A DNA stretch of 63,384 bases, the filler included, from Octopus bimaculoides (taxonomy: Eukaryota): NCBI RefSeq assembly GCF_001194135.2. It is 8 parts of 8 records of this genome, joined end to end, with 100 filler letters (N's around TTAATTAATTAA, not from the genome) between each part and the next. Parts side by side here need not be neighbours in the genome. Positions count along the whole stretch, not along the records: positions 31,588 to 38,611 come from NW_026423624.1; positions 38,712 to 52,734 come from NC_069007.1; 6 more parts are not named here. The stretch is one strand, 5' to 3'. Shown here piece after piece: positions 35,351 through 51,011 of this stretch (positions within the stretch are counted from its first letter, which is position 1; each line of letters starts with the position of its first letter). The notes below the pieces were generated by a model. The model saw only the letters and a program-made list of their open reading frames with translations, did no database searches and was not told the DNA's origin. Made by a program: the position numbers and the translations under genes.

Positions 35351-36805
35351 GACACACGCGGTTTATTGATTGCCCACCTTTATGCATTCCAGCGCTGGAA
35401 CTGAGAGACAGGCGTATAGGTGAACAGAATTGAGGTTAGTAATATACTAGGGTGGTGGTGGTGGTGGTGGCGGCGGCGGCGGTGAAGGTGAGGAAGATGG
35501 CGATGATAATTTTGATGACGGTGGAAGTGGCGACGATGATGATTATGATGGTTGGTGGTGGTGATGACGATGGTAAAATGACGGATAATGTTGACAATGA
35601 TGACGATGACGACGATGACGACGACGATGATGTCGCTGGCTTACGAGAAACAATATATCAGATCGTGGATAGAGATCGAAGTAGGGAAATGGTGAACTTG
35701 TGACGTTCATGCTTTTCTATAAGGAAAGGAATAGGGTTGGCGGTGGAGACGTAAGTGAATAAACAACAAAAAAACAAAAAAATAAAAAAATGAAGTAGTT
35801 CTGAAGAGGATTTGAAACCGACACGTTAAGCTCAAATCGCTGAGCAGTTTACAACTATTCTAGAAATTAGGAACAACTACATGGTTGTTCGATCTGCTAG
35901 AAATGGCAGTCAAATCTCTGCCTAACCACACTCTCCCGTCTTGACATAAAAAAGGATATATTACCCATTACAGATCAACATATACTCGTATACATACATA
36001 TTAGGAAAGGGCAGTCACGGTTGGAGCTCCTCTGAACATAAAATCTGTTTGATCAGAGTTAACTGACTATTAATCAACGAAGCAATTATTGATCGTTTCT
36101 CACATAGATAAAAGGCCTGGAACTTGGGGGAGGAGGGTTAATCGATTAAATCGATCACAGTACTTGACTGCTACGTTCGACCGCAGAAGGATTAAAAGGT
36201 AAAGTTTACTCCAGTAGTATTTCAACTCTCAAACGTTTAAAAGCTGAAACAAATAATGCAAGGTATTTTTTTGTTCGGCGCACAAACTATTCGGTGAAAT
36301 CAATCACATTGATTTCAAAATCATAAGCACAAGGCCACAAACTAGGATGGGAGAGGTAGGTGGGGTGTTAATCGATTAGATCGATTCACGCATTTGACTG
36401 GTATTGATTTTATTCAATTCTATTGACCTTATAAGGATGAAAAATAACGGTGGCATTAGAGGAATTTGAACACAGAATGTAAAATTTAAAAAAAAAGTAT
36501 TAATTCGAAGCATTTTGTTTGACGCACTGACAGAAAAGAAAGAATAACTATGATTCACATCTTACATTAACACACAAACTTACATAAACCAGTCTAAATT
36601 ACTGGTATTCTTTTATACGTTTCATCTACGCGGTCATGCTGTAGCATCACCGTTTATTTGGGTTTTTTTTTAACATTGTTTTATCAGTCCTCGGAGGAAA
36701 TGAACGAAAAACCCGGCTTTCGCAGAAACGAAGGTTTGAACATAAAAAACATTTAGATAATAATAATAATAATAATTATAATAATAATAATAATAATAAT
36801 AATAA

Positions 36806-37070
36806 TGGCACGAGGCCAGCACTTTCGGGTAGGGGTTATGTCGATCACATCGACCCCAGTTTTCAGCTGGTACTTATTTTATCGGCCCTGAAGGGATGAA
36901 AGGCAAGTCGACCTCGGTGGCAATTGATATAAAAATTCTAATTTTGGCACAAGGCCAGCAGCTTTTGAGAGGAGGGGGGGTCTTAGTCGATGACATCGAC
37001 TCCCCAGTACTTGACTGGTACTTATCAGCTCTGAAATATGAAAGGCAACCCCTCAACCTCGGTGCCATTT
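36806..37070 (-). mobile_element. Two tandem SINE family B 3' halves after an (AAT)n tract
   Basis: ggcacgaggccagc..tcgacccc..ggtacttattttatc..gatgaaaggcaagtcgacctcggtgg, repeated from ~36945. Confidence 0.7.
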
Positions 37071-37525
37071 GATATACGAATAGTAATAATAATAATAATA
37101 GTAAATAACAGGATGACGACGATGATGATGATGATAGTGATGATTAGAAAAAAGGTGAACATTTGATGCAATGATATTTATCATATTTCATATAGGAATT
37201 TTTCAGCATCAACGCTGTAAAAGTTATATTACTGGCGAGATAGGAGGATATGATAAATGTATTTTAGTAATGTAATATATAATACAGTAGTAGATCGATA
37301 ACAATCTTTATCGATATATGTTCAGAGATCGTTAAACAAACACACAAACAAATTCGATGCCATTCGTTTTCTTTATAAACAAAAAGATTTTATTTTTCAT
37401 GTTTCACTTCGCGTATATTTCCACCACCACGATCACCACCACCATGCAGCCTTCCCACACACTAATAATAAACATTCTTAGCAATCAAGTGCCCTCACTC
37501 TCATAAATACACGCGCACAAACGTC

Positions 37526-37561
<36 letters not shown>

Positions 37562-37684
37562 CGCATGTATATAGACATACGGATATACATACACACAAGC
37601 GAACATATATGTGGGGATGTATGTACGTTTATCGTGCCAACCATTTTTAAACATTAACAATAAATTGACAAAAGTATTTTACAT

Positions 37685-37730
<46 letters not shown>

Positions 37731-38134
37731 GGTTACATTGACTATATTATATATGTATATATATATATATATATAGTCGATGTAACCATTATATTGCTCT
37801 TTTGTTATGCGTAACTTGCCCATTACATACGTACATATACATGCACACGCATTTGTAGAATTATCGATAAATATATTACATTATTTCATATATCAACTTG
37901 AGAAACGGAAAGAAAGAAAAGAAAAATGGACGTTTAAATAGAGTTCACCGGTTAATTATCCCTTAATATGTACAGCTGAATAGTAAGTCATAATGGTACA
38001 TGCGTTTGTCCATACACACACAAATGGAAATGTATACACACACACACACACACATATACATACACAAACATACATTAATGCGTCTATGTGTGCATATGTG
38101 AATCCATAATCATTCATGTGCAAGCAAGAATGTA

Positions 38135-38177
<43 letters not shown>

Positions 38178-38417
38178 TGTATTTATAGACACCGGCACTC
38201 TCGTTTATGTGCGTATAAGTGTGCACAAAGTTTGTTTGTTTATGTATTTATTGAACGGCATAACGGGCAAACTATTTTCATGATTTGTTCCAGAAACTAT
38301 CCAGGGAAATATCTTTATCATTGTTAAATAAATTTATAAGCGCTTGATTTGTAACTAGTTTCATAAGTGCTAACACACGAAACTCTCGGTCCTTCAGCCA
38401 CTCTGTTGCATCTGCTA

Positions 38418-38456
<39 letters not shown>

Positions 38457-38611
38457 ACGATTTCTCCTCACACAAGGAAATCATAGATCGACAAATAACT
38501 TTGTGATGTATGAGTTCCCCTATGCTAAATAGTGATGGGTGTGAAAGACGTTCGCTTGGCAATCCTGCCGTCACTCATTCGCTCCCACTTCGCGGCTCTG
38601 TGGGACCGTCT

Positions 38612-38711
38612 NNNNNNNNNNNNNNNNNNNNNNNNNNNNNNNNNNNNNNNNNNNNTTAATTAATTAANNNNNNNNNNNNNNNNNNNNNNNNNNNNNNNNN
38701 NNNNNNNNNNN
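38612..38711. other. Artificial scaffold-join linker
   Basis: 44 N + TTAATTAATTAA + 44 N. Confidence 0.97.
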
Positions 38712-38756
38712 TAATATATTGATATATACATATAGATATAGATATAGATATAGATG

Positions 38757-38805
<49 letters not shown>

Positions 38806-39231
38806 ATAGATGTATATGTAAAATATTCGTAATTCATATTTATTCGTATATGTGTGTGTGTGTGTATCGTGTATGTGTGTATGCATATATATATATCAAT
38901 ATATTATAAATTAACTACCAATATATATTGAATAAGATAAATATGTTCATTTGAATATATACGTTTTTGCGTCGTAACTCCTTTATTATTATTAATATGC
39001 ATATATATATATATATTATTATTAATATGCATATATATATATATATATACATATCAAAAAATAAATATACATACACATACACCAGCACACACATATATGC
39101 ATATTACATGTCATACATATATCATATATATATATATATATATATCTTACATCATATACATACATACATACATACATACATGCAAACAATATTTGATACA
39201 CGAAAGAGATGAAATGAAAAGGCTTCAATTA

Positions 39232-39504
39232 CAAATCACAACAATTGTTTTTGTGCACTGGTAATAGTTGTTCGTTGCTGAGGTTTCCATGCAATACTAT
39301 TTACATGAATTATTTTATAATCAATTACGTACATGAATATAATCCAGTTGCCCCTGTGCATAGGTACGTCCTCAGGTGAATTGCTTCACTGGACCAAATT
39401 TTATCTATGTAATTAATTCTAAAATAATTTATGTAATAATATCGCATGTAGAACTCAGTAACTAACAATTTTTACCGCTGCGCAGAAACAATTGTTGTGA
39501 TTTG
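39232..39504. mobile_element. Tc1/mariner-type MITE (273 bp, ~105-bp diverged TIRs, TA on both flanks)
   Basis: caaatcacaacaattgttt.. is inverted to ..aaacaattgttgtgatttg, and the pairing continues inward for about 100 bp. TA at 39230-39231 and 39505-39506. Confidence 0.8.
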
Positions 39505-39711
39505 TAACTAATGCGTGTTCATTCTATCCTCTTGATTTATAAAATACTTTATGGCTTATATATTCAGTATACATTAACGGAATTCCACATGTGTATCCAG
39601 TATAAAGAATAACTCTGTTGTATGATGACATATGATAGCCAATCGCTGCGTAGTATCCTTGAAATGCACGTAATGAAGTTATTTCCCTGATGATATTAAA
39701 CACACATTAGA

Positions 39712-39835
39712 GATGGTGAACTGGCAGAATAGCAGACAAAATGCGTAGCGGCATTTTGTCCGTCTTTAGTTTCCGAGATCAAATTCCGCCGGTGTCGAGT
39801 TTACTTATTATATTTACGAGGTCGATAAAGTAAAT
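39712..39835 (+). mobile_element. SINE family B, truncated and diverged
   Basis: gatggtgaactggcagaat..gacaaaatgcgtagcggcattt..gagatcaaattccgcc..gaggtcgataaagtaa. Confidence 0.65.
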
Positions 39836-40319
39836 ATATGCTGAACACTAGATAGATAGATAGATAGATGCATAGATATACACACGCACACACACACATG
39901 TGTGTGCGTGTTTGTGTGAAATATATTTACGTATATGTAAATATATCTATACATGTGTGTATATGCGAGCATATACAGACACAGACACACATGTACATCC
40001 ACCAACACACACACACAGAGACTTCTACTTCCATATATACACACATATATAGCCATGTTCCTCCAAGTGGTACGTATTATACCAATATCTGTGTATTTGT
40101 ATATCTCATTATTTATCTAAGTTAACCGGCAAAAACCAAGATGTGTTTGCGTTTGTCTTACATCTACTACTCTTCCTTTTCCTCCTACGCACACAAACGC
40201 CTTTTAATGTCGACATCAAATTTAGCAGAGGGACACCAACCGACTATCAAATCAACCGGCCAACACGAATTGTAAGAAAATGAATTTTTTGGTGTATGTA
40301 CGTATATATGCATCTATAC

Positions 40320-40389
<70 letters not shown>

Positions 40390-40776
40390 NNNNNNNNNNN
40401 NNNNNNNNNNNNNNNNNNNNNNNNNNNNNNNNNNNNNNNNNNNNNNNNNNNNNNNNNNNNNNNNNNNNNNNNNNNNNNNNNNNNNNNNNNNNNNNNNNNN
40501 NNNNNNNNNNNNNNNNNNNNNNNNNNNNNNNNNNNNNNNNNNNNNNNNNNNNNAGAACCAGCGACTCACTAATTGCTACGATATAAATCACCGTTTTATA
40601 GTTACAAAGGTGTACACCACAACTTGCTGTTCGTATAAAAAGGATAAAATATATGAATGTATATATATATTCTTATCTTCGCTAACTTCATATAGATTTT
40701 CGTAAGTATATTTTTTGCCTTTCATTACTTAGTACTTGATTTTTTTCTTTTATCTATATGTACACACATCTATGTG

Positions 40777-40832
<56 letters not shown>

Positions 40833-41609
40833 TTTGTGTGTGTATGCGTGCAGGTGTGTGTATATATATGTATGTACGTATGTATGCATGCTTGTATATA
40901 TATATATATATGTATGCATGCATGTATGTATGTATGTATGTATGTATGTATGTATGTATCATTAATCTTTAACGATTTTCAGCGTGATGAATTGCCTGAA
41001 CCGTTAGTGTACTGGACAAACCGTGGTTCGGTATTTTGTTCTGTTCACCGTGGGTTCGAATTCTGCCGAGATCAACTCTGCTTTTCAGCCCTCAACCAGA
41101 TCGATGAAAGAAAAGTACCACCTAAATACCGAATCGAAATAATCAACAGTTCTCTTCCATAAAGAAACGCTAGACTTTATTATTATGAAGAAGGCGGTAA
41201 GCCAGTAGTATGGTTACCGCGTTGGACAAAATACTTAGCGGCATTCCGCCTGGCTTTACGTACTGGGTATGAATTCTGCCAAGGTNNNNNNNNNNNNNNN
41301 NNNNNNNNNNNNNNNNNNNNNNNNNNNNNNNNNNNNNNNNNNNNNNNNNNNNNNNNNNNNNNNNNNNNNNNNNNNNNNNNNNNNNNNNNNNNNNNNNNNN
41401 NNNNNNNNNNNNNNNNNNNNNNNNNNNNNNNNNNNNNNNNNNNNNNNNNNNNNNNNNNNNNNNNNNNNNNNNNNNNNNNNNNNNNNNNNNNNNNNNNNNN
41501 NNNNNNNNNNNNNNNNNNNNNNNNNNNNNNNNNNNNNNNNNNNNNNNNNNNNNNNNNNNNNNNNNNNNNNNNNNNNNNNNNNNNNNNNNNNNNNNNNNNN
41601 NNNNNNNNN

Positions 41610-41775
41610 CCCTGCTGTACTCTTTCACCACAACTTTCTCTCACTCTTACTTCCTGTTTTTGTTGTACCTGTATTTCAAAAGGCCAGCTTTGTCACACTC
41701 TGGGTCATGCTGAATCTCCCCGAAAACTACGTTAAGGGCACACGTGTCTGTGGAGTGCTCAGCCACTTGCACGTG
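41610..41775 (+). mobile_element. SINE family C, middle part (5' end in gap)
   Basis: Matches 47915-48080. Confidence 0.8.
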
Positions 41776-42410
41776 AGGAATGGAAGGATCGTTAGAGTGT
41801 CAGCTCCAAGTGCCTTGTGATATTACTTGCAGCTGTTTTGCCGTTTGCAATTCAAATCCCGCCGTGGCCTACTTAAATGCTAGAATTAATCCACCTCCCG
41901 ATGCAGCAACAGCGACTACTAATCTTAATATTAGGATAAGATAAAAATAAACGGTCCCTCCGTTGCTTTCAACGATATGTATTCAGTTATATATATACGT
42001 GTGTGTTCGTGTGTGTGTGTGTGCGTGGGTGAATGTGCTTGTGTCTATATGTATGTGCTTTCATGACTGCATTATACAAAATAATCTTATCAGGAATTAA
42101 GGATAATCCAATGGACAAATCAGAATGTATTTCAGTATTGGCTTACGTAATATCTCATATTTGTAAGACATCGATTATGGTTACTACGAAGCTTATCATC
42201 TCCACTGGATTATTCTGTTTCTTTTTCTAAGTGCGCATGCTCCTTCAAACGTTGGTTCCATTGAAGGCAGCCACTAAGCTGTCTTGTTGTTTTAACCAGC
42301 TTCTTAACTGGCGAAATAAATGAATGCTTCAGCCAGAAAATCCCTGGGCTGCTATATTTCGCAAAGTATTTTGCGTTTCTTAGGATACTATATCCATATA
42401 TACGCACACG

Positions 42411-42455
<45 letters not shown>

Positions 42456-42575
42456 ACAAATATACACACACCAGACACACACCAACACACGCACAAACAC
42501 ACACACATATTCACATATATATATACAAACATACGTAAATATACATGCATATATAGGCATACATACAAATTTATG

Positions 42576-42632
<57 letters not shown>

Positions 42633-43110
42633 ATGTATGTATGTATGTATATATGAGTGTACGTACGTATACACATATATACATACACATATGTATACAT
42701 GCATCGACGCACACATACAGACGTGTATACATGTAAGTGCATTTACTGAGAGCTACGGTAGATATAGTGTTAAAATATAAAAGGGAGATAAACTTGAAAA
42801 AGCAGAAGGGCATCACCGAAGGCACATTCCTTTCTTCTTGCCATAAATAATAAATCGCTACAGTGAAGTTCCCGGAGCATTTGCTTTTTTTCATTGAATG
42901 GCTTCAAGATTCCAGTTTCGTGTGCGTAGGTATGTATGGGTGTGGCTGATCATGTATAACTATATACAAACACACAAACACACATATATATATACATACA
43001 TACAAATGAATATGTATATATGTGTGGGTGGGTGAGTGCGTGCGTGTTTGAGCATGTGTGTGTATCTACATATATATATGAATATATATATATATATTTG
43101 TGTATGTATG

Positions 43111-43150
<40 letters not shown>

Positions 43151-43499
43151 NNNNNNNNNNNNNNNNNNNNNNNNNNNNNNNNNNNNNNNNNNNNNNNNNN
43201 NNNNNNNNNNNNNNNNNNNNNNNNNNNNNNNNNNNNNNNNNNNNNNNNNNNNNNNNNNNNNNNNNNNNNNNNNNNNNNNNNNNNNNNNNNNNNNNNNNNN
43301 NNNNNNNNNNNNNNNNNNNNNNNNNNNNNNNNNNNNNNNNNNNNNNNNNNNNNNNNNNNNNNNNNNNNNNNNNNNNNNNNNNNNNNNNNNNNNNNNNNNN
43401 NNNNNNNNNNNNNNNNNNNNNNNNNNNNNNNNNNNNNNNNNNNNNNATATATATATATATATATATATACACAAATATAGAAGTGCATATAGGTATGTA

Positions 43500-43830
43500 T
43501 CTACTGTAGCCTCGGGCAGACCAAAGCGTTGTGAGACGATTTGGTAGGCAGAAACTGTAAGAATATATGTGTGTGTTTGTATGTGTGTGTGTGTGTGTAT
43601 TTGTGTGTGTCTGCGTTTGTCTCCCACTCCACCCCGCCCCACAATTGTTTGAAAACCGATACTGGTGTGTTTATGTCACCGCAACTTAGCAGTTTGGCAA
43701 AAGACAGCGTTAGAATGAGTGCTAGGCTCACAAAGAATTACAGCTGGGATCGATTTCTTCGACTAAAACTCTTTCAGGCGGTGCTCCAGCATGGCCGCAA
43801 TCAAATGACTGAAAGAAATAGAATAAAATA
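43500..43830 (+). mobile_element. SINE family A lacking head (head probably in or upstream of the gap)
   Basis: ctactgtagcctcgggcagaccaaagc..gcggtgctccagcatggccgcaatcaaatgactgaaa. Confidence 0.75.
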
Positions 43831-45107
43831 ATAACACAATAAAACAATATATATATATACATATATAATACATTTACATCCGAGAAACTGCCGTAGAGAA
43901 CCAATGATATATGCACGTCTGAGTTATTGATTTGTATTTATAAAAAAGCATTGTATAAATCATAATGTACAGGATATATAGCAATGGCCAACATATGTTT
44001 CTGCTGCAGCAACTACACATTGCTCTGTATACAGTTATAGGGATGTTTGTGTGTAAGCGAAATATCTCAGAAATAGTATAGTTTATCTTAATTTTTTTTT
44101 GCATATTTATTTACATACTTGCCTTCGGCAGTGCAGTACAAATCTTTGTGATTTTTGTACTTCTATTTAAAAGATTAAACACAATTTTTGTTTGTTATTT
44201 CTTGAAAAAAATATGGTTTCCGTCATGTTAACACACATATACACATACATAATATACACACATATAATGAATGTCGTAGCGTGTCAGTCAACTCAAACAC
44301 ACATCTTCTATCAGATATATATACACACACACAGTCTTCGCGCTCTCTAAAAAAAAAAAAACGTCGTCTTTATGACGTACACAATATTTGATGTTTTGTA
44401 GTAAGGGAATTATTATTAATTGTACTTATGTTGAATGAACAGATACGTGTTTGAGGGGATGTAACTATTTTAACATGCAATTCGTATTAGTTCCCTATAA
44501 ACATTCAGTCGTTTTGTTAAGATATTTATTATGTAAAATGCACAGCCTACACCCATTACAACCATTCACATACCCTTTTGTATAGTTTCTATAGAATATC
44601 TTCCCAGCATTAATTTGAGTTGGAAGTGTTAATCAGCAAGAGCTAAAAATTATTTTCTAATTTGTGTTTTAGCATTTGAAGACGTTTGCCTACGGTTAAA
44701 CAACAGCATTGATGACAACAACAAAGACTACATCAAATGAGTTTAAAATGGCGGGCTTTTGTCGTCCAGCCGACCAGCAGGAAATAAATATCTTTAATCT
44801 TGCTTCGTAAAAACTGAAAAACATTGTAAAATGTATTCCGAGATGTATTGTCTGTAAATAGACGTAAGGGTCACAAATAGAACGCATTTAATCAGAGATA
44901 CCTGGAGGTGAAATCTATGAGGTGGTAAACAACAATAATACCATGTTGTTGTTGTTGTTGTTGTTGTTGTTCAGCGCCGGCTCAGCCTTCATTGGGGCAG
45001 AAGTACGACCAAAACGTTCCATCCCTACGACGTTTATCAGATGTAGAGTACACAATGTCACACTATTAAACACGTCCTTTTTCTTTTTCCTATCCTTTCT
45101 TTTTTTC

Positions 45108-45500
45108 GGCTGTGTGGTAAGTAGCTTGCTTACCAGCCTCATAGTTCTGGGTTCAGTCCCACTTCGTGGCACCTTGGGCAAGTGTCTTCTACTATAGCCT
45201 TGGGCCGACCAATGCCTTGTGAGTGGATTTGATAGACGGAAACTGAAAGAAGCCCGTCGTATATATGTATATGTGTGTGTGTTTGTGTGTCTGTGTTTGT
45301 CCCCCTAGCATTGCTTGACAACCGATGCTGGTGTGTTTATGTCCCCGTAACTTAGCGGTTCGGCAAAAGAGACCGATAGAATAAGTACTAGGCTTACAAA
45401 GAATAAATCCCGGGGTCGATTTGCTCGACTAAAAGCGGTGCTCCAGCATGGCCGCAGTCAAATGACTGAAACAAATAAAAGAGTAAAAGAGTAAAAGAGT
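45108..45500 (+). mobile_element. SINE family A, near full length
   Basis: ggctgtgtggtaagtagcttgc..ggttcagtccc..ccttgggcaagtg..gactgaaacaaataaaagagtaaaagag. Confidence 0.88.
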
Positions 45501-46053
45501 AACACAATAAGGGGTGACATGAGAAATTTTGCTGCTATTTCTAGCAGTGCTGACAAGTTCGTTGAAATTTTCCCCTATTCGTTCATTAATATATTTCTCA
45601 TTATTGAGAAGAACTGCAATAATTATAATTAATATAAGGATATGGAATGAAAGGAAAAATTGCATTATTGGTATATTTCGTTAATGACGTAATTAGTATT
45701 GTCGTCAATACGTCATCGATGACGTCAGACTGATGTAATCAAAATTATTGAAAAGGAGTAAAGACAATATGAAATACATTGTTCTGTCTGTCAATTTGTT
45801 GGTCGATCTCGCCAACTCACTTTTACTCTTTCTATGCATGTCTAAATATGTATGTAAATATGCATGTGTGGGCGTGTGTGCATGCATGTGTGTGTGTGTG
45901 TGTGCGTGCACGCACGTGTACGTGTGCGTGAAAATGCTGTGTGAATTACAAAACAATGTCGACTGGCTTTTTTCCCCGTTACGGGGCTTATATGCTTTAA
46001 TATTATACTATTTTCTATAGGCAAAATAATGTGACGACTCAAAATTATATGTA

Positions 46054-46103
<50 letters not shown>

Positions 46104-46331
46104 NNNNNNNNNNNNNNNNNNNNNNNNNNNNNNNNNNNNNNNNNNNNNNNNNNNNNNNNNNNNNNNNNNNNNNNNNNNNNNNNNNNNNNNNNNNNNNNNN
46201 NNNNNNNNNNNNNNNNNNNNNNNNNNNNNNNNNNNNNNNNNNNNNNNNNNNNNNNNNNNNNNNNNNNNNNNNNNNNNNNNNNNNNNNNNNNNNNNNNNNN
46301 NNNNNNNNNNNNNNNNNNNNNNNNNNNNNNN

Positions 46332-46363
<32 letters not shown>

Positions 46364-46370
46364 CATGTAT

Positions 46371-46576
46371 GTGTTTGTGTGTCTGAGTTTGTCCCCCCAC
46401 CATCGCTTGACAACCGATGCTGGTGTGTTTACGTCCCCGTAACTTAGCAGTTCGGCAAAAGAGACCGATAGAATAAGTACCAGGCTTACAAAGAATAAGT
46501 CCTGGGGTGGATTTTCTCGACTAAAGGCGGTGCTCCAGCATGGCCGCAGTCAAATGACTGAAACAAGTAAAAGAGT
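46371..46576 (+). mobile_element. SINE family A, 3' half
   Basis: Near identical to 45285-45490. Confidence 0.85.
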
Positions 46577-47299
46577 ACTTCTCCTTTATAATTAACAACC
46601 AGCAAAAGACACAGAGTGACTCGGGAGCCGAGTGTTTCGTGCGTTGGCACTTATCAAACTGGTTTCAAGTGAAGGGTTCATGTATTTATATAAGTACGAT
46701 AATGGTATTTCCCTGGAATCTTCTGAAACAAATTATAAAAACATTTACAGTGCACTTTCTCAAATGTTACGCCTTTGAATAAATAAATATCTACGAAATG
46801 GGAATAGAAATTTAATCGAATGAGAGCAGACGGTAAACTTACTGTTAACACGTTCGGGAAGATGATCTAACTGGTCAGATTACAAATGCTCTTTTATTGT
46901 ATGCCTTTCGTAATCTTTAACCATTTTGAAATCAATATGTTAAGTTGCGTAAGAGTTCAAGTTACGATTGACACCTTTGGTTTACGAATTTCCGTCAGTG
47001 AGAAGACTGAGGTAGTTGTTGATAAGGGTGGGGGGTGCAGGGAAGATGTCGGAATAGACTTATGTTTCTAGGTGTAGTAGTATGGTAATGTAATAGAAGG
47101 AAGGAGTGGCAGGAGGGAATAGGAGGAGGTGGAAGAGAAAGAGAAGGAATAACCAGGGAAGAAGGGAAGGAGGAGAGGGTAAGACTAGGAGGAAAATGAG
47201 GAGGGGGACAACGAGAAAAGAGGAGGAGGGGAAGGAGAAGGATTAACCAAGGAAGAAGGGGAGGAAAGGGCAGGACTAGGAGAAAATGAAGAGGACAAC

Positions 47300-47350
47300 G
47301 AGAAAAGAAGAGGATGAAGAAGAAGAAGAAGAAAATGAAGAAGGAGGAGG

Positions 47351-47382
<32 letters not shown>

Positions 47383-47552
47383 GAAGAAGAAAAAGAAGAA
47401 GAAGAAGAAGAAGAAGAAGAAGAAGAAGAAGAAGAAGAAGAAGACGAAGAAGAAGAAGAAGAAGAAGAAGAAGAAGAAGAAGAAGAAGAACAAGAACAAC
47501 AACAACAACAACAACAACAAAAACAAGAACAGGAAAAGAAGATAAAGTAGAA

Positions 47553-47600
<48 letters not shown>
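47300..47600. repeat. (GAA)n / (CAA)n / (AAAG)n compound microsatellite
   Basis: Direct reading. Source of the poly-E/R/K/F pseudo-ORFs. Representative of the many (AT)n, (AC)n, (AG)n, (ATAC)n, (AGAT)n and (AAT)n tracts between 8 kb and 63 kb. Confidence 0.97.
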
Positions 47601-47627
47601 ATGGAAGATAAAATGTCAGAAAGATTT

Positions 47628-49068
<1,441 letters not shown>

Positions 49069-49318
49069 CAATCTCTTTCTCTCTTCCTTTACTTTTTTCT
49101 TTCTTTCGTTCTCTCCCTCCCTCTCTCTCTCTCTCTCTTTCTATCTCTTCCTTTCTTTATCTCACTCTTTTTTGTCTCCTTTTTTCTTCTCATGCGTCTT
49201 CATCTTCTACTTAATTTTCTGAACCTTTTCTTCATCGTCTCTTCCCATTCCCCTTCCTCCTCTTTTCTTCCTTTTCTTCTTCTTTATCTTCTTCTTCGTC
49301 TCATGATTATTATTATTA

Positions 49319-49371
<53 letters not shown>

Positions 49372-50062
49372 GTTCAGTAGTTTTATTTTTATAACGTGCT
49401 TTCACTTCACTACCGAGCGCAGCTTTGTGTGCCTTGGGTATGTGCTGTGGTTTGCTGTGATGCTCTTATGGTTACNNNNNNNNNNNNNNNNNNNNNNNNN
49501 NNNNNNNNNNNNNNNNNNNNNNNNNNNNNNNNNNNNNNNNNNNNNNNNNNNNNNNNNNNNNNNNNNNNNNNNNNNNNNNNNNNNNNNNNNNNNNNNNNNN
49601 NNNNNNNNNNNNNNNNNNNNNNNNNNNNNNNNNNNNNNNNNNNNNNNNNNNNNNNNNNNNNNNNNNNNNNNNNNNNNNNNNNNNNNNNNNNNNNNNNNNN
49701 NNNNNNNNNNNNNNNNNNNNNNNNNNNNNNNNNNNNNNNNNNNNNNNNNNNNNNNNNNNNNNNNNNNNNNNNNNNNNNNNNNNNNNNNNNNNNNNNNNNN
49801 NNNNNNNNNNNNNNNNNNNNNNNNNNNNNNNNNNNNNNNNNNNNNNNNNNNNNNNNNNNNNNNNNNNNNNNNNNNNNNNNNNNNNNNNNNNNNNNNNNNN
49901 NNNNNNNNNNNNNNNNNNNNNNNNNNNNNNNNNNNNNNNNNNNNNNNNNNNNNNNNNNNNNNNNNNNNNNNNNNNNNNNNNNNNNNNNNNNNNNNNNNNN
50001 NNNNNNNNNNNNNNNNNNNNNNNNNNNNNNNNNNNNNNNNNNNNNNNNNNNNNNNNNNNNNN

Positions 50063-50246
50063 AAAGAGTGAGAGAAAGTTGTGGTGAAAGAGTACAGCAG
50101 GGTTCGCCACCACCCCCTGCCGGAGCCTCGTGGAGCTTTAAGTGTTTTCGCTCAATAAACACTCACAACGCCCGGTCTGGGAATCGAAACCGTGATCCTA
50201 TGACCGCGAGTCCGCTGCCCTAACCACTGGGCCATTGCGCCTCCAC
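50063..50246 (-). mobile_element. SINE family C head (tRNA-like A and B boxes)
   Basis: Minus strand gtggaggcgcaatggcccagtggttagggcagcggactcgcggtcataggatcacggtttcgattccc, continuing into the body seen at 47846. Confidence 0.85.
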
Positions 50247-50291
50247 TCTGTTATATATAAGTATATAAATACATGCATGTGTGTATGTGTG

Positions 50292-50323
<32 letters not shown>

Positions 50324-51011
50324 TGTATGTGTGTATGGACACACACAGACACATACACATACACACACACACTCATAATACATCACGAAGAGGTGGATGC
50401 ATCGTCATCCGATATTGCGATCGAAACATCAGAGACCGTTGCCCAAACCGTCACAATGTCTTCTCCATCTCTAAGAATCGGTGGCTGTTCATTTTACCTG
50501 TCGACTCTTGCTGCTTTCACTCCATATGTTGCTTCTTTGCCAGTTTAATTAAAACTGTTTCATATATTGTAACCTTCGTTTTAGTTTCGCCTGCGGCAGC
50601 TTAGAACTGTTAATAATTTCTTAAACAGTAATAATAAAGCGACATTTCAACTTTTAGCGCTTCACCTGTCGCCTGTATTCACCTATCAAGAGAGACACAC
50701 CTTCTGTTAAGTCTTCCTCTTATTTATCAATGGTTTTTACTCCATTGTCTTCTCTCTCTTTCTCTCTCTCTCACTTTCTTTCTTTCCCTCTTTTATATAT
50801 AACTTTACACCTGCACAATTTCTGACTTGTTAAAACACAATAAATGTTAAACCTCGACATCTTCACCATTCGTCTATTCTGTAACATTTCATCCATCCAT
50901 CCATCCTCGATGTAAAATCCTTGACAATAAAACTAGTGAAATCACGAGAGAAATTGAATAAACCATGCTAGAAATAGCAGCAAAATTTCTCATGTCACCC
51001 CTTATTGTGTT

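Noticed and set aside
38350-38400. Possible third hammerhead (GAAACTCTCGGTC on the plus strand)
   Set aside because: There is no CUGANGA core upstream (ttcataa) and no stem I partner; the segment belongs to the cryptic repeat shared with 46602-46785.
50170-50246. tRNA gene-like sequence (also other SINE heads and ~35780-35820)
   Set aside because: A and B boxes are present, but the sequence continues into a SINE body and lacks a closed acceptor stem. It is a tRNA-derived SINE head, not a tRNA gene.
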